Shown here: piece after piece, positions 47,697-57,318 of the stretch
How the letters are laid out: each line of letters begins with the position of its first letter
Position numbering within the stretch: position 1 is the stretch's first letter
Source: Candidatus Altimarinota bacterium
GTDB lineage: Bacteria; Patescibacteriota; Gracilibacteria; CAIRYL01
NCBI GenBank assembly: GCA_965250085.1
Contig: OZ252287.1
Location: 1,248,001-1,312,000, forward strand
Direction: 5' to 3'
DNA length: 64,000 bases
The notes under the pieces: model-generated
The model's database searches: none
The model's input: the letters and a program-made list of their open reading frames with translations, nothing else
What the model was told of the DNA's origin: nothing
Program-made: the position numbers and the translations under genes

Positions 47697-49460
47697 TTAT
47701 CCGAATGTGAAAGCATATATCTCAATTCCTGAATCCAAAAATTCCAGAGTGAGAGAATGTTGTTCTGGAGCAGAAAGCTGAATAAGCCGATACAAACGAT
47801 CTTCATCGAGGGTAACAATACCATCCTGCACATCTTCCCCAGCGTATTCGCTTTTTACAACCTCATCATCAAGAAACACTTGCACGCGAGCCCCTTTTTC
47901 CTGAGGACTCATAACCAGATAGACTTCCTGTGCTTCAAAATGAAGTTTCAGGTGGGAATTTGGAGATGGCATAGCTCGCTCTTCTCCAATAGTCCATTCT
48001 CCGCTGTAAGCAAGATTATTGAGAGGAATATTCTCTGGGAAAGAATACAGCGATGATTGATCTTGGAGAATATTTTCTGGCGACACAAAACGCTTGAGGC
48101 GATCATATCCCAAATATGATTCAGGAGTGCGCTGGTGCTTTGGAGTGGTATCTGGCGAACTGGAGATTTCTTCAGTGATATCAGCTCCAGTTTCTTTGAG
48201 AAGCATACGGATAAATTCTTCTGATTCCTGATATTTTCCTTCTCCAAAATGAGTGCGACGCACTTTTCCATTCTTATCGATAAAATATTTTGCCGGCCAG
48301 TAACGATTTTGATAACTGCGCCAGATCTTATAGTCATTATCTTGTACGACAGGATAAACAATATCGTAGTCCTTCATTGCCTTTTGTACATTTTTAGTAC
48401 TTCTCTCAAATTCAAATTCAGGCGTATGAACACCAATAATAACAAGTCCTTCATCTTTATATTTTTCATGCCAAGAGGTTATATATGGCAATGTGCGAAT
48501 ACAATTGATACAGCTGTATGTCCAAAAATCAATCAGCACAACCTTTCCACGCAACTCTTGGAGCGTCAATGGTTCGGAGTTGAGCCACTGGATTGCTCCT
48601 TGAAACTCTGGATTGGGAGCGAAAGAAAAACTGTCACCAGATATCTCTTTTTGCATATCTTTTTTGAGCGCTTCCGTATCTTTTCCACTCGTTTCTGGCA
48701 TATCGGAACTGTCTTCATAGAATTTATCTAGCTGCTTACGAACCACTTCATTTTCTTCCAATTTGGTGAGTCCAACTCCGTATTGTGGGAATGTATCGAG
48801 AATAAAAGTTTGAAATTGGCGGTCCAAATTTAAATATAAAGCGACTGCTAAAAGTACCATAAGGACACCAAATATTTTTTGAATCTTTGCGACATTGCGG
48901 GTCACCCAAGGAATTTTGTACAAGGCTTTTCTTCCGCTATAAATAATAAAAAACATCGGAAGAGCAGTTCCAATAGCATATGAAAGTGTTATCAGAATTG
49001 CTTCCAGAGTAACGGCACTGGTAGCCGCTAAAGTAATCACTGAAGCCAGAATAGGGCCAACACAAGGTGTCCAGAAAAGACCAAGACTGAGTCCAACGAT
49101 GACTCCACCACCAAATCCCTCCTTTTGTGTTTGTTTTGGTCCTTTGCTCGCAATCTTGGACATGAGCTGTTCCATCCACTCTTGAAAATGTGGAAGAAAG
49201 AGGCTAGCCCCAAAGAGTCCGAGTACCACTACTGCAACCAGTCGTAATACTTCAGAAGAAATACCAAAGGCTTTAAAAAGAGCAAAAGAAAAAACTGTAA
49301 AGAAAGTAAAGCTGAGGATAAAGCCCAGCATAATACCAAATGGACGTTTTTTCCCTCCCGTGAGTGAGCCAGAAAGCACGATTGGCAATACCGGAAGAAT
49401 ACAAGGAGAAAGGACAGTTACTATCCCCGCCAAAAAAGCAAAAAGGAGAAGAACGAGCAT
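47697..49460 (-). CDS. dipZ: DipZ (CcdA membrane domain plus thioredoxin plus C-terminal domain)
   Basis: SPCILPVLP, WTPCVGP, DFWTYSCINC, GVHTPEF. Confidence 0.92.
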   Translation of the reverse strand: MLVLLLFAFLAGIVTVLSPCILPVLPIVLSGSLTGGKKRPFGIMLGFILSFTFFTVFSFALFKAFGISSEVLRLVAVVVLGLFGASLFLPHFQEWMEQLMSKIASKGPKQTQKEGFGGGVIVGLSLGLFWTPCVGPILASVITLAATSAVTLEAILITLSYAIGTALPMFFIIYSGRKALYKIPWVTRNVAKIQKIFGVLMVLLAVALYLNLDRQFQTFILDTFPQYGVGLTKLEENEVVRKQLDKFYEDSSDMPETSGKDTEALKKDMQKEISGDSFSFAPNPEFQGAIQWLNSEPLTLQELRGKVVLIDFWTYSCINCIRTLPYITSWHEKYKDEGLVIIGVHTPEFEFERSTKNVQKAMKDYDIVYPVVQDNDYKIWRSYQNRYWPAKYFIDKNGKVRRTHFGEGKYQESEEFIRMLLKETGADITEEISSSPDTTPKHQRTPESYLGYDRLKRFVSPENILQDQSSLYSFPENIPLNNLAYSGEWTIGEERAMPSPNSHLKLHFEAQEVYLVMSPQEKGARVQVFLDDEVVKSEYAGEDVQDGIVTLDEDRLYRLIQLSAPEQHSLTLEFLDSGIEIYAFTFG

Positions 49461-49470
49461 GTGAAAAAAT

Positions 49471-49512
49471 AAAAAAGCCTCGAGTGTAAATATACACTCA
49501 AAGCTTTTTTTT
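49471..49512 (-). terminator. Hairpin with T-tract between the thioredoxin gene and dipZ
   Basis: AAAAAAGCctcGAGTGTA-aa-TATACACTCaaaGCTTTTTT. Confidence 0.5.
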
Positions 49513-49562
49513 GAACAGTTTTCACAAGAAGACCTGTTATCCTCATTACAAATGAATGAGAA

Positions 49563-50093
49563 CTATATATTCTTCAGAATATCGTCAAGAGTGGGGCTTC
49601 CATTCCATTTATTGAGCTGATTTCCATTAGCATCTACGGTTACAAAAGTATGTTGATAGGTCACGCCATGTTTTTCCTTCAAGTCTTTTGAGTTATCGTA
49701 GTCGACTTTCAGAATGGAAATACCATCTGGAATATTTCCGGCATTTTTCTGAATATTAGAATCTGCAGATCGACAAGCAGGGCACCAGTCTGCATGAAAG
49801 AAGAGGACGACTGAACCATCACTGGCCTGAGAGACCAGAGCTGGATCATAATTCGTGTATATTCCAGCAGATGCATCATCCTTCACTACATCATCTTCTT
49901 CCTCCTCTTCCTCCATCATAGTGTCATCTTTCACTCCATCATTATCATCTTCTTCTTCCATCATAGCGTCATCCTCAATTGTGGGTTCGTTGTCTTTTTT
50001 TGTTTCTTCGGGAGCGCCGAATTGACACTTTGTTGCTCCCATGAGAGTAAGCATTATCAGTGCTGTGAATAAGATATATTTAGAATGTTTCAT
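49563..50093 (-). CDS. Exported thioredoxin-family protein with acidic linker
   Basis: Signal peptide; FFHADWCPAC; YQHTFV. Confidence 0.88.
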   Translation of the reverse strand: MKHSKYILFTALIMLTLMGATKCQFGAPEETKKDNEPTIEDDAMMEEEDDNDGVKDDTMMEEEEEEDDVVKDDASAGIYTNYDPALVSQASDGSVVLFFHADWCPACRSADSNIQKNAGNIPDGISILKVDYDNSKDLKEKHGVTYQHTFVTVDANGNQLNKWNGSPTLDDILKNI

Positions 50094-50296
50094 AGTGAAT
50101 AGAAAAAAAAACTGAGAAAAATCTAAGTAATTGTATCCCTCTCTCTTTTTCCGTCAACGGGAAGTGAATGAAGATTGTAGTACGGATTACATTTTCTCTA
50201 TCTAATTTGCATGAAGCACATTACAAAAACCCCTGTCTTCTACTTTTACAACATGACGGGGGTTGAAGTATAGTTCTGATAGTTTTCTTTTTCGTA

Positions 50297-50818
50297 TTGT
50301 CACACGTAGTACTTCTTCAAGGCAGTCTCTCTCCATCTTCTCGAACATCTCTTGTAATAAACCGAGTGATAGAGCATCTGCAAAAGAAAAATATATCATA
50401 TACACTTATTGATCTTCGGGAAATTGACATGCCATTTTGTGATGGTCGAAAACTTGAGGAATATAAAAATCAGGCACTTGAAACAGCCTTCAAAACACTT
50501 TCTGCAGCTGATGGGTATATTATCGGAATGCCAGTGTACAATTATTCTATTTCCGGACCACTCAAAAATTTTCTTGATCTTACAGATAAAGCGATGGTCA
50601 AAAAGCCCGTTGGAATTGTGTGTAACTCTGGAGGAGTGAGATCATACCTTGCTTCTGCAGATCTTATGAAGTGTCTTTCTTTTGAAGTAGAATCTGTTTG
50701 CATCCAGCCCACGGTACACACATGGGCAGGAGATTTTGAAAAAAACGTAATCACAAATGAGCGCATTCCCCAAAAGATTGAGGATATGATAGAGAAGCTA
50801 CTAGCTATTTGCCACTAG
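50297..50818 (+). CDS. NADPH-dependent FMN reductase
   Basis: GSLSPSSRT, PVYNYSISGPLKNFLD. Confidence 0.9.
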   Translation: MSHVVLLQGSLSPSSRTSLVINRVIEHLQKKNISYTLIDLREIDMPFCDGRKLEEYKNQALETAFKTLSAADGYIIGMPVYNYSISGPLKNFLDLTDKAMVKKPVGIVCNSGGVRSYLASADLMKCLSFEVESVCIQPTVHTWAGDFEKNVITNERIPQKIEDMIEKLLAICH

Positions 50819-50851
50819 TCTTTCGCCATTGATTTTAATACTGCACAATGA

Positions 50852-51148
50852 AGTCGAGCTATTTCTTTTCCGAAAACAGAGGTCTTTAGGATCACGTCTC
50901 AAATGAGGCGTTCTGCCATCTCTATCCCTAGTAATATCGCAGAGGGAAAAGGAAGAGACTCCGATAAGGATTTCTGCCGATTTTTAAGAATAGCAAAAGG
51001 ATCATGCAATGAATTAGAAACTCAGATTTTAGTTGCTGAAAAACTTGAGTATATTACGAAAAATAATTCTCAAAAACTACAATCAAGATGCGAAGAAATT
51101 CTCAAAATGCTCAGTGGCTTTATAAAAAAGCTAATTGCTAAAAGCTAA
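50852..51148 (+). pseudogene. Four-helix-bundle (23S rRNA IVS-like) protein, 5'-truncated
   Basis: FPKTEVFRITSQMRRSAISIPSNIAEG...IAKGSCNELETQ; in-frame TGA just upstream; flanked by gcta heptamers. Confidence 0.75.
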
Positions 51149-51165
51149 GGGCTAAAAGCGAATTG

Positions 51166-52710
51166 CTACTTCGCTGTTTCAATATTTCTCGTTTCTCTCA
51201 TTACCATTACTTTGATCTCTCCGGGAAACTGAATATCTGCTTCAAGTTTTCGGGCGATATCCCATGAAAGTTGCTTCGCCTGAAGATCGTCCATATCTTC
51301 TGGATTTACAAAGACGCGGACTTCGCGTCCAGCTTGTATCGCGTAGCATTTTTCTACTCCACCAAATGAGGTAGCAGTGTTTTCAATCGCTTGCATGCGC
51401 TGAATAAATTTTTCAGCAGTCTCACGGCGTGACCCTGGACGCGAAGCGGAAATGGCATCTGCGAGTTGAATAATGACCTTTTCTGTTGTATCAACTGGAA
51501 AATCTTCGTGATGGGCTTCTGCAGTAGTACATACAGCTTCATCTACACTAAATTTTCTCAAGATCTCTCCAGTTAATACGGCATGTTTTCCACCTATCTC
51601 TTGACTTACTGTTTTTCCGATGTCGTGCACGAGCCCTGCTGCTTTACAAACTGCAGCATCCGCTCCCAGCATATTGGCAAGTGATTCAGCAAGAAAGGCT
51701 ACTTCTATGGAATGCTTCAAAACATTTTGTCCATATGAAGTTCTAAATTTGAGCCTTCCCAATATTTTTACAACTTCTGGGGGGAGCATAACTCCGGTTT
51801 CTGTCACCGCTTGTTCTCCAAATTCTTTCACCATTTTGTCCACATCGGCGGTTACTTTTTCCACTGTCTCTTCAATGCGCGGAGGATTGATACGCCCATC
51901 TTCTACAAGTCGTTCCAATGAACGCTTGGCAATATATCGACGCATGAGATCATATCCAGCAAGAATCACAGTATTGGGTGTGTCATCAATAATAATGTCA
52001 CAGCCGGTCATGCGTTCGAGCATTTGAATATTGCGCCCCTCTTTCCCGATTACTCGCCCCTTGAGATCATCGCTGGGCAGTGCAACGGGCGTCACCGTGG
52101 CATCATTGGTAACATCTGTCACCATTCGCTGAATAGCACGAATAATAATTTCCTTTCCTCGTACATCTGCTTCTTCTTTGATGCGATCTTCTGACCGCTT
52201 CATTCGATTTATCATATCCTGTCCAGCTGTTTTTTCTATCTTCTCAAAGAGCATTTCTTTTGCTTCTTCTTTTTTCATGCCTGCAATTTTTTCAAGTTCT
52301 TTCTGCTCAGATTCTAATGTCTTCTGAAGATTTTCCTTCATCTTTACGAGTTCCTCCTTGTCTTTCTCCATTTGCTTCTGGTCTTTTGCTACTTCTTCGA
52401 GTTTTTTTGTAAATTCACCTTCTTTTTGTTCTGCACGAGCAGATTGTTTTTCTACTTCTTGTATTTTTTTTGCTGCCTCATCTTTTGCCTCAAGGACAAT
52501 GGAATGAGCTTTTTCCTTTGCCTGAAGGGCTATATCTTGAGACTTTTTTTCTATTTCGTGAATTTTCTGTTCCGCTTTGCGGATTTTCCGTTCATTTTCA
52601 GCTTCTATCTTGAGTGACTTTGCGCGAACATCCTCACTTTTAAAGAAGTATCCACTCCCGACTCCAACCCCAAGGGCGAGAAGAACGTAAAGAATAACGT
52701 CGAGTCCCAT
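51166..52710 (-). CDS. rny: Ribonuclease Y
   Basis: N-terminal TM, coiled coil, KGRVIGKEGRNI (KH), RTSYGQNVLKHS, HDIGK. Confidence 0.96.
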   Translation of the reverse strand: MGLDVILYVLLALGVGVGSGYFFKSEDVRAKSLKIEAENERKIRKAEQKIHEIEKKSQDIALQAKEKAHSIVLEAKDEAAKKIQEVEKQSARAEQKEGEFTKKLEEVAKDQKQMEKDKEELVKMKENLQKTLESEQKELEKIAGMKKEEAKEMLFEKIEKTAGQDMINRMKRSEDRIKEEADVRGKEIIIRAIQRMVTDVTNDATVTPVALPSDDLKGRVIGKEGRNIQMLERMTGCDIIIDDTPNTVILAGYDLMRRYIAKRSLERLVEDGRINPPRIEETVEKVTADVDKMVKEFGEQAVTETGVMLPPEVVKILGRLKFRTSYGQNVLKHSIEVAFLAESLANMLGADAAVCKAAGLVHDIGKTVSQEIGGKHAVLTGEILRKFSVDEAVCTTAEAHHEDFPVDTTEKVIIQLADAISASRPGSRRETAEKFIQRMQAIENTATSFGGVEKCYAIQAGREVRVFVNPEDMDDLQAKQLSWDIARKLEADIQFPGEIKVMVMRETRNIETAK

Positions 52711-53190
52711 GATAATAAAAATAAAATAAAGAAAAGTCTGCAATGGAGACAATTTCTTTAAAGGATGATTTTCTTCCCTGAGACGCAAGCACTACCTCTT
52801 TTTCCTTATTGTAAGGCAAAAGCAAGGTTTATTGCCAAGTTTTGATGAGAGTATACTGTAAGATTTTGACTTTATATAACAGTGAATCCCTGGAAGAAAA
52901 GTGTGGAGAGAACTCAAAAATATATTCTGTATTCGATTTTAATATGCTTTCGTTCTTGAATAGTCTTTTGCGAGTATCTCCAGAAAAATCCTTTTCAGAA
53001 TGCAAGAAAGAATATTCAAAATAGAAAAAAACTTCTTGCACACATCGCTCCGACCAAAAGAATACAGAAAAACAAAAATTCCTGCAAGTTCGAGCACATA
53101 AAAGCCTTAAAGCCATGGAGAGAATTGGTTTTTTTATATTTTTCTTCTTTCAGAACTTTGGTACAATTCTCCCCGATTTTTTGCAAGTAA

Positions 53191-55962
53191 ATGCTTAAAT
53201 TTTTAAACAAAATATTGGGAGATCAAAATGAAAAAGAAGTTCAACGAATTCAAGAAAAAGTGGAACAAATCAACACAGCAGAAACAAAATTGCAAAGCTT
53301 TTCAGATGGTGAGCTCAAAGTAAAAACAGATGAATTTAAAAAACGAATCGAAAAAGGAGAGTCTCCTGACGATCTTCTGGTCGAAGCATTTGCCGTGGTC
53401 AAAAATGCCTGCCGACGTCTCATAGGACAAAAGTTCACTCTTGGAAAAGAGGAAGTGGAGTGGAACATGGTGCCATATGATGTGCAGCTCACAGGAGGAA
53501 TTGTGCTCCATGAAGGGAAGATAGCAGAGATGAAAACCGGTGAAGGAAAAACACTCGTAGCGGTTCTTGCGGTATATCTTAATGCTCTCAGCTCAAAAGG
53601 AGTACATGTTATTACTGTCAATGACTATCTCGCTAGCCGTGATGCTGAGTGGATGGGAAATGTCTACAACTTTCTGGGCCTTACTGTCGGCACTATTGTG
53701 CATGGACTTTCGAACGAAGAACGAAAGACCGCCTATGAATCAGATATTACCTACGGGACAAACAATGAATTTGGATTTGATTATCTGAGGAGTAATATGG
53801 CCACCAAAAAAGAGGACATTGTCCAAAGAGATCTGCACTATGCCATTGTGGATGAAGTGGATTCTATCCTGATTGATGAATCTCGTACTCCCTTGATTAT
53901 TTCAGCTCCTGCGGAAGAGAGTACTGCCAAATATCAACAATATTCTCTGATGGTTGAGAATCTCAAAGAGGATAAACATTATAATATTGATGAAAAACGA
54001 AAGACCGCCATTCTTACGGAGGAAGGAGTCCATAAGATGGAACAACTTTTAAAGATTGACAACATCTACACCGAAAAGGGATTTTTGGAGGTCCATCACA
54101 TAGAGCAGGCGCTCAGAGCTCAGACTGTTTATAAAAAAGATGTGGACTATATGGTCAAAGATGGAGAAGTGATTATTGTGGATGAATTCACTGGACGTCT
54201 GATGCCAGGACGACGATATTCTGAAGGACTCCATCAGGCAATTGAAGCCAAAGAAAGCGTAGAAGTCAAACGTCAGTCCAGAACACTGGCAACAGTAACG
54301 TTTCAAAATTATTTTCGTCTTTACGACAAACTCTCTGGCATGACAGGTACCGCTCTGACGGAAGCAGAAGAATTTGCAAAAACATATGAACTGGATGTAA
54401 TTGCTATCCCCACCAACCAACCAGTGGTCAGAGAAGATAAGCCAGATTTTGTGTATAAAAATGAAAGAGGAAAATATGAAGCGATTGCCAAAGGAGTACA
54501 AGAAAAATACCAGAAAGGACAACCAGTCCTTCTGGGTACTATTTCGATTGAAAAATCAGAAGTACTTTCTCAGATTCTCAAAAGAAATAAAATACCCCAT
54601 GAAGTCCTCAACGCCAAGCATCATGAAAAAGAAGCTGCGATTATTTCTGCAGCAGGTCAAAAAGGAGCTGTAACCATTGCGACCAACATGGCCGGTCGTG
54701 GTACGGATATTAAATTGGGAGAAGGAGTGAAGAATCTGGGCGGACTTGCCATTATCGGCTCTGAACGTCACGAATCCAGACGGATTGATAATCAACTTCG
54801 GGGGAGAGCTGGACGACAAGGAGATCCTGGAGAAACCCAGTTTTTTGTTTCCCTTGAAGATTCTCTCATGCGGCTGTTTGGAAGTGAAAAACTGCAAAAA
54901 ATGATGGAATGGGCCAAAATTCCTGATGATATGCCCATTGAAAATCGTATGATTTCCGGAGCGATTGAAAGTGCTCAAAAAAAGGTAGAAGGGCACCATT
55001 TTGATATTCGAAAGCATCTGCTGGAGTACGATGACGTAATGAATAAACATCGAGAGATTATTTATGCACGTAGGAGAAACGTACTCTTTCACGAAGATTT
55101 GAGTGAAGAGATACAGAGCATGCTGGAAGAAGAAGTGCAAATAACAGTGTTGAACAATACCCTGGGCAAACCACATGAATGGAATTTACAAGAGATAGAA
55201 GAAACTATTTTTGCTGTCTATCATGATGAGAGTGCCCAACTCAAAGTTGCTGACCTGGAAAAATTTGGAGATCCAGAAGAAGTAGTAGCAGCAGTGCTCA
55301 CCTTTCTCAAAACATCATATACAAAGAGAGAAAAATCGCTCCCAGATCCGAAAATGATGCGAGAACTGGAAAAAGCAGTATATCTTCGCACAATTGATAC
55401 TCTTTGGATGGAGCACATTGATGCCATGACATACCTGCGGCAAAACGTATCTTTACGTGCATATGGACAGCGTGACCCGCTCATGGAGTACAAAGATGAA
55501 TCGTATCGCATGTTGGAAACGCTCCTGGCAAAGATTCGATCAGGAACGATCCAGACACTTTTTAAGGTGCAGCTTGAAGTCCAGGAGCAGCCAAAAGTAG
55601 TTCAGGTTATGCCAAAGGTGATCACAACAAATGAAGAAGAAATCGAAGAGAATATTACTGAAGAATTTGGAACTGAGAGCCAAGAGAAAGAGAGCAAGCC
55701 CGAACCCGTTTCCGTAGAAACATCAAAAGAACCACGGAAGAAGGAATCTGTAGAAAAAACTGATTCTTCAGACGCGAAAATCACAGTTATTAAATCAGAT
55801 GCTTCACTCCCACAAGAAAATCTGCAATATTCAGGAGGAGGAGAAACTCAAACGATAAAAGCCGGAGGTACTATACGAAATATAGGCAAAGTCGGTCGCA
55901 ATGAGCCATGTTCATGCGGAAGCGGAAAGAAGTATAAAAAGTGTCACGGAAAATCAGTATAA
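53191..55962 (+). CDS. secA: Preprotein translocase ATPase SecA
   Basis: EMKTGEGKT, VDEVDSILID, ATNMAGRGTDI, QLRGRAGRQGDPG, SEC-C motif CSCGSGKKYKKCH. Confidence 0.98.
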   Translation: MLKFLNKILGDQNEKEVQRIQEKVEQINTAETKLQSFSDGELKVKTDEFKKRIEKGESPDDLLVEAFAVVKNACRRLIGQKFTLGKEEVEWNMVPYDVQLTGGIVLHEGKIAEMKTGEGKTLVAVLAVYLNALSSKGVHVITVNDYLASRDAEWMGNVYNFLGLTVGTIVHGLSNEERKTAYESDITYGTNNEFGFDYLRSNMATKKEDIVQRDLHYAIVDEVDSILIDESRTPLIISAPAEESTAKYQQYSLMVENLKEDKHYNIDEKRKTAILTEEGVHKMEQLLKIDNIYTEKGFLEVHHIEQALRAQTVYKKDVDYMVKDGEVIIVDEFTGRLMPGRRYSEGLHQAIEAKESVEVKRQSRTLATVTFQNYFRLYDKLSGMTGTALTEAEEFAKTYELDVIAIPTNQPVVREDKPDFVYKNERGKYEAIAKGVQEKYQKGQPVLLGTISIEKSEVLSQILKRNKIPHEVLNAKHHEKEAAIISAAGQKGAVTIATNMAGRGTDIKLGEGVKNLGGLAIIGSERHESRRIDNQLRGRAGRQGDPGETQFFVSLEDSLMRLFGSEKLQKMMEWAKIPDDMPIENRMISGAIESAQKKVEGHHFDIRKHLLEYDDVMNKHREIIYARRRNVLFHEDLSEEIQSMLEEEVQITVLNNTLGKPHEWNLQEIEETIFAVYHDESAQLKVADLEKFGDPEEVVAAVLTFLKTSYTKREKSLPDPKMMRELEKAVYLRTIDTLWMEHIDAMTYLRQNVSLRAYGQRDPLMEYKDESYRMLETLLAKIRSGTIQTLFKVQLEVQEQPKVVQVMPKVITTNEEEIEENITEEFGTESQEKESKPEPVSVETSKEPRKKESVEKTDSSDAKITVIKSDASLPQENLQYSGGGETQTIKAGGTIRNIGKVGRNEPCSCGSGKKYKKCHGKSV

Positions 55963-56032
55963 TCATTCCACTAGCTCTTGCCCTGAGCTTTCCGAAGGGT
56001 GGAATAAACTAAATCTCTTTTTTTATAACAAT

Positions 56033-56290
56033 ATGAAAAAACGATCTATTGCAAAAACACTTGGACGGGGACTGGCGTATTTTCAAGACACGGCTGATCG
56101 AATTGTGACTTTTGGGTTTAAAAAGCTCAAAAGTGCTGGAAATAAGAAGACAAAAAAGAACGCTCATCCAGTACAAAAAGGAGCAAAAAAAACAGTTTCA
56201 TTTATTGGAGAAGTAGGAACTGAGTTTTATGAGACGTATGAAGAGATTAAGAAAGAGCGTGGGGCGAAGAGAAAGGAAAAGAAGAAATAA
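56033..56290 (+). CDS. Small basic hypothetical protein
   Basis: MKKRSIAK... ORF ending just before the IS target site. Confidence 0.6.
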   Translation: MKKRSIAKTLGRGLAYFQDTADRIVTFGFKKLKSAGNKKTKKNAHPVQKGAKKTVSFIGEVGTEFYETYEEIKKERGAKRKEKKK

Positions 56291-56298
56291 TAAATTTT

Positions 56299-57008
56299 GG
56301 CTCTAGAGTAGGAGATTTTAAAAATCTCTGATAATTTTGGACATTATAACAAAAATATCTTGATCTTTATAGTTCCATCGCCACTCACATTCTTTGAGGT
56401 GAAAGTTAAACTTGTGAGAAGCAATTCCGTTAAACTTAGAGAGTCTTCTTTTCGCAAAAGACCAAAAGGATTCAATACCATTTACATGACATTTTCCTCG
56501 TGCAAATTCATTTTCTGAGTGATGAATACGATAGTGATCATATCCATTGAGAATGAGTCCATCATAAGCTCTCCATCCATCAGTATGAATAGTTGATCCT
56601 TCTAGTATTTTTCCTTGAATAATAGGTAGGAGCTCTTTTCTGGAGCAATCTTTTACAATAGAAACAAATACCCTTCCTTCTCTTTGAAGGATTCCAAAGA
56701 CAGGAGTCTTTCCTGCGGCTCCTCTTCCTCTCTTTCCTCTCATTCTCTTTGCTCCAAAGTAACTTTCATCAAGTTCAAATTCTCCAAAACTCTTTGACTG
56801 TGCTAAAGAGAACTTTGCAATCTTTTCTCTAAAAATATTAAAATATCGATCAACCGTTCTCCGATTGAGATCTAGAATATTTGCTGTTTTTGATGCATTG
56901 AGATCTTCACAAAAACACTTCAATATTTTTTTGATCTTATAATTCGATATTTTACTGTGTTTAAGCATGTTAAGAGAATAATTGAAGTAATTATTCTACT
57001 CAAGAGCC
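56299..57008 (-). mobile_element. IS1595-family (IS1016-like) insertion sequence, copy 2, 710 bp
   Basis: Same IRs as copy 1; 8-bp target duplication TAAATTTT (56291-56298, 57009-57016). Confidence 0.95.
56318..56968 (-). CDS. IS1595-family transposase
   Basis: Identical to 6144..6794 except one V to M change. Confidence 0.95.
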   Translation of the reverse strand: MLKHSKISNYKIKKILKCFCEDLNASKTANILDLNRRTVDRYFNIFREKIAKFSLAQSKSFGEFELDESYFGAKRMRGKRGRGAAGKTPVFGILQREGRVFVSIVKDCSRKELLPIIQGKILEGSTIHTDGWRAYDGLILNGYDHYRIHHSENEFARGKCHVNGIESFWSFAKRRLSKFNGIASHKFNFHLKECEWRWNYKDQDIFVIMSKIIRDF

Positions 57009-57232
57009 TAAATTTTTTTAACAAAGAAATAGTAGGAACAACCCTACTGTCAGGGTTGACAAAAAATAATATATTTTGTAGTATGATACCCCGTTGGTTA
57101 GTCTTCTGGACTGAAACCCTTGTAATTCAGAACGTCCAAGTCAAAAAAACTTGGACAAATGGAATATCGTCAAACGTATAACAACCAGCTTCGAAGGAGA
57201 CTTTTTGTTTTGAAAACACTGGTTTCCGCATG

Positions 57233-57317
57233 GAATCTCCCCTAACCCCTCTTTATCAAAGAGGAGAAGAAGAAATTATTTTTCCTCCCTTTCTAAAAGG
57301 GAGGCTAGGAGGGATTT
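57233..57317. repeat. Intergenic double-hairpin CCCC/GGGG repeat
   Basis: cccctctttatcaaagaggag ... cctccctttctaaaagggaggctaggagggatt. Confidence 0.8.
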
Positions 57318-57318
57318 T

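Noticed and set aside
52711-53190. 6S RNA upstream of rny
   Set aside because: AT-rich with no long rod-like pairing that I could trace; the small ORFs here also look spurious
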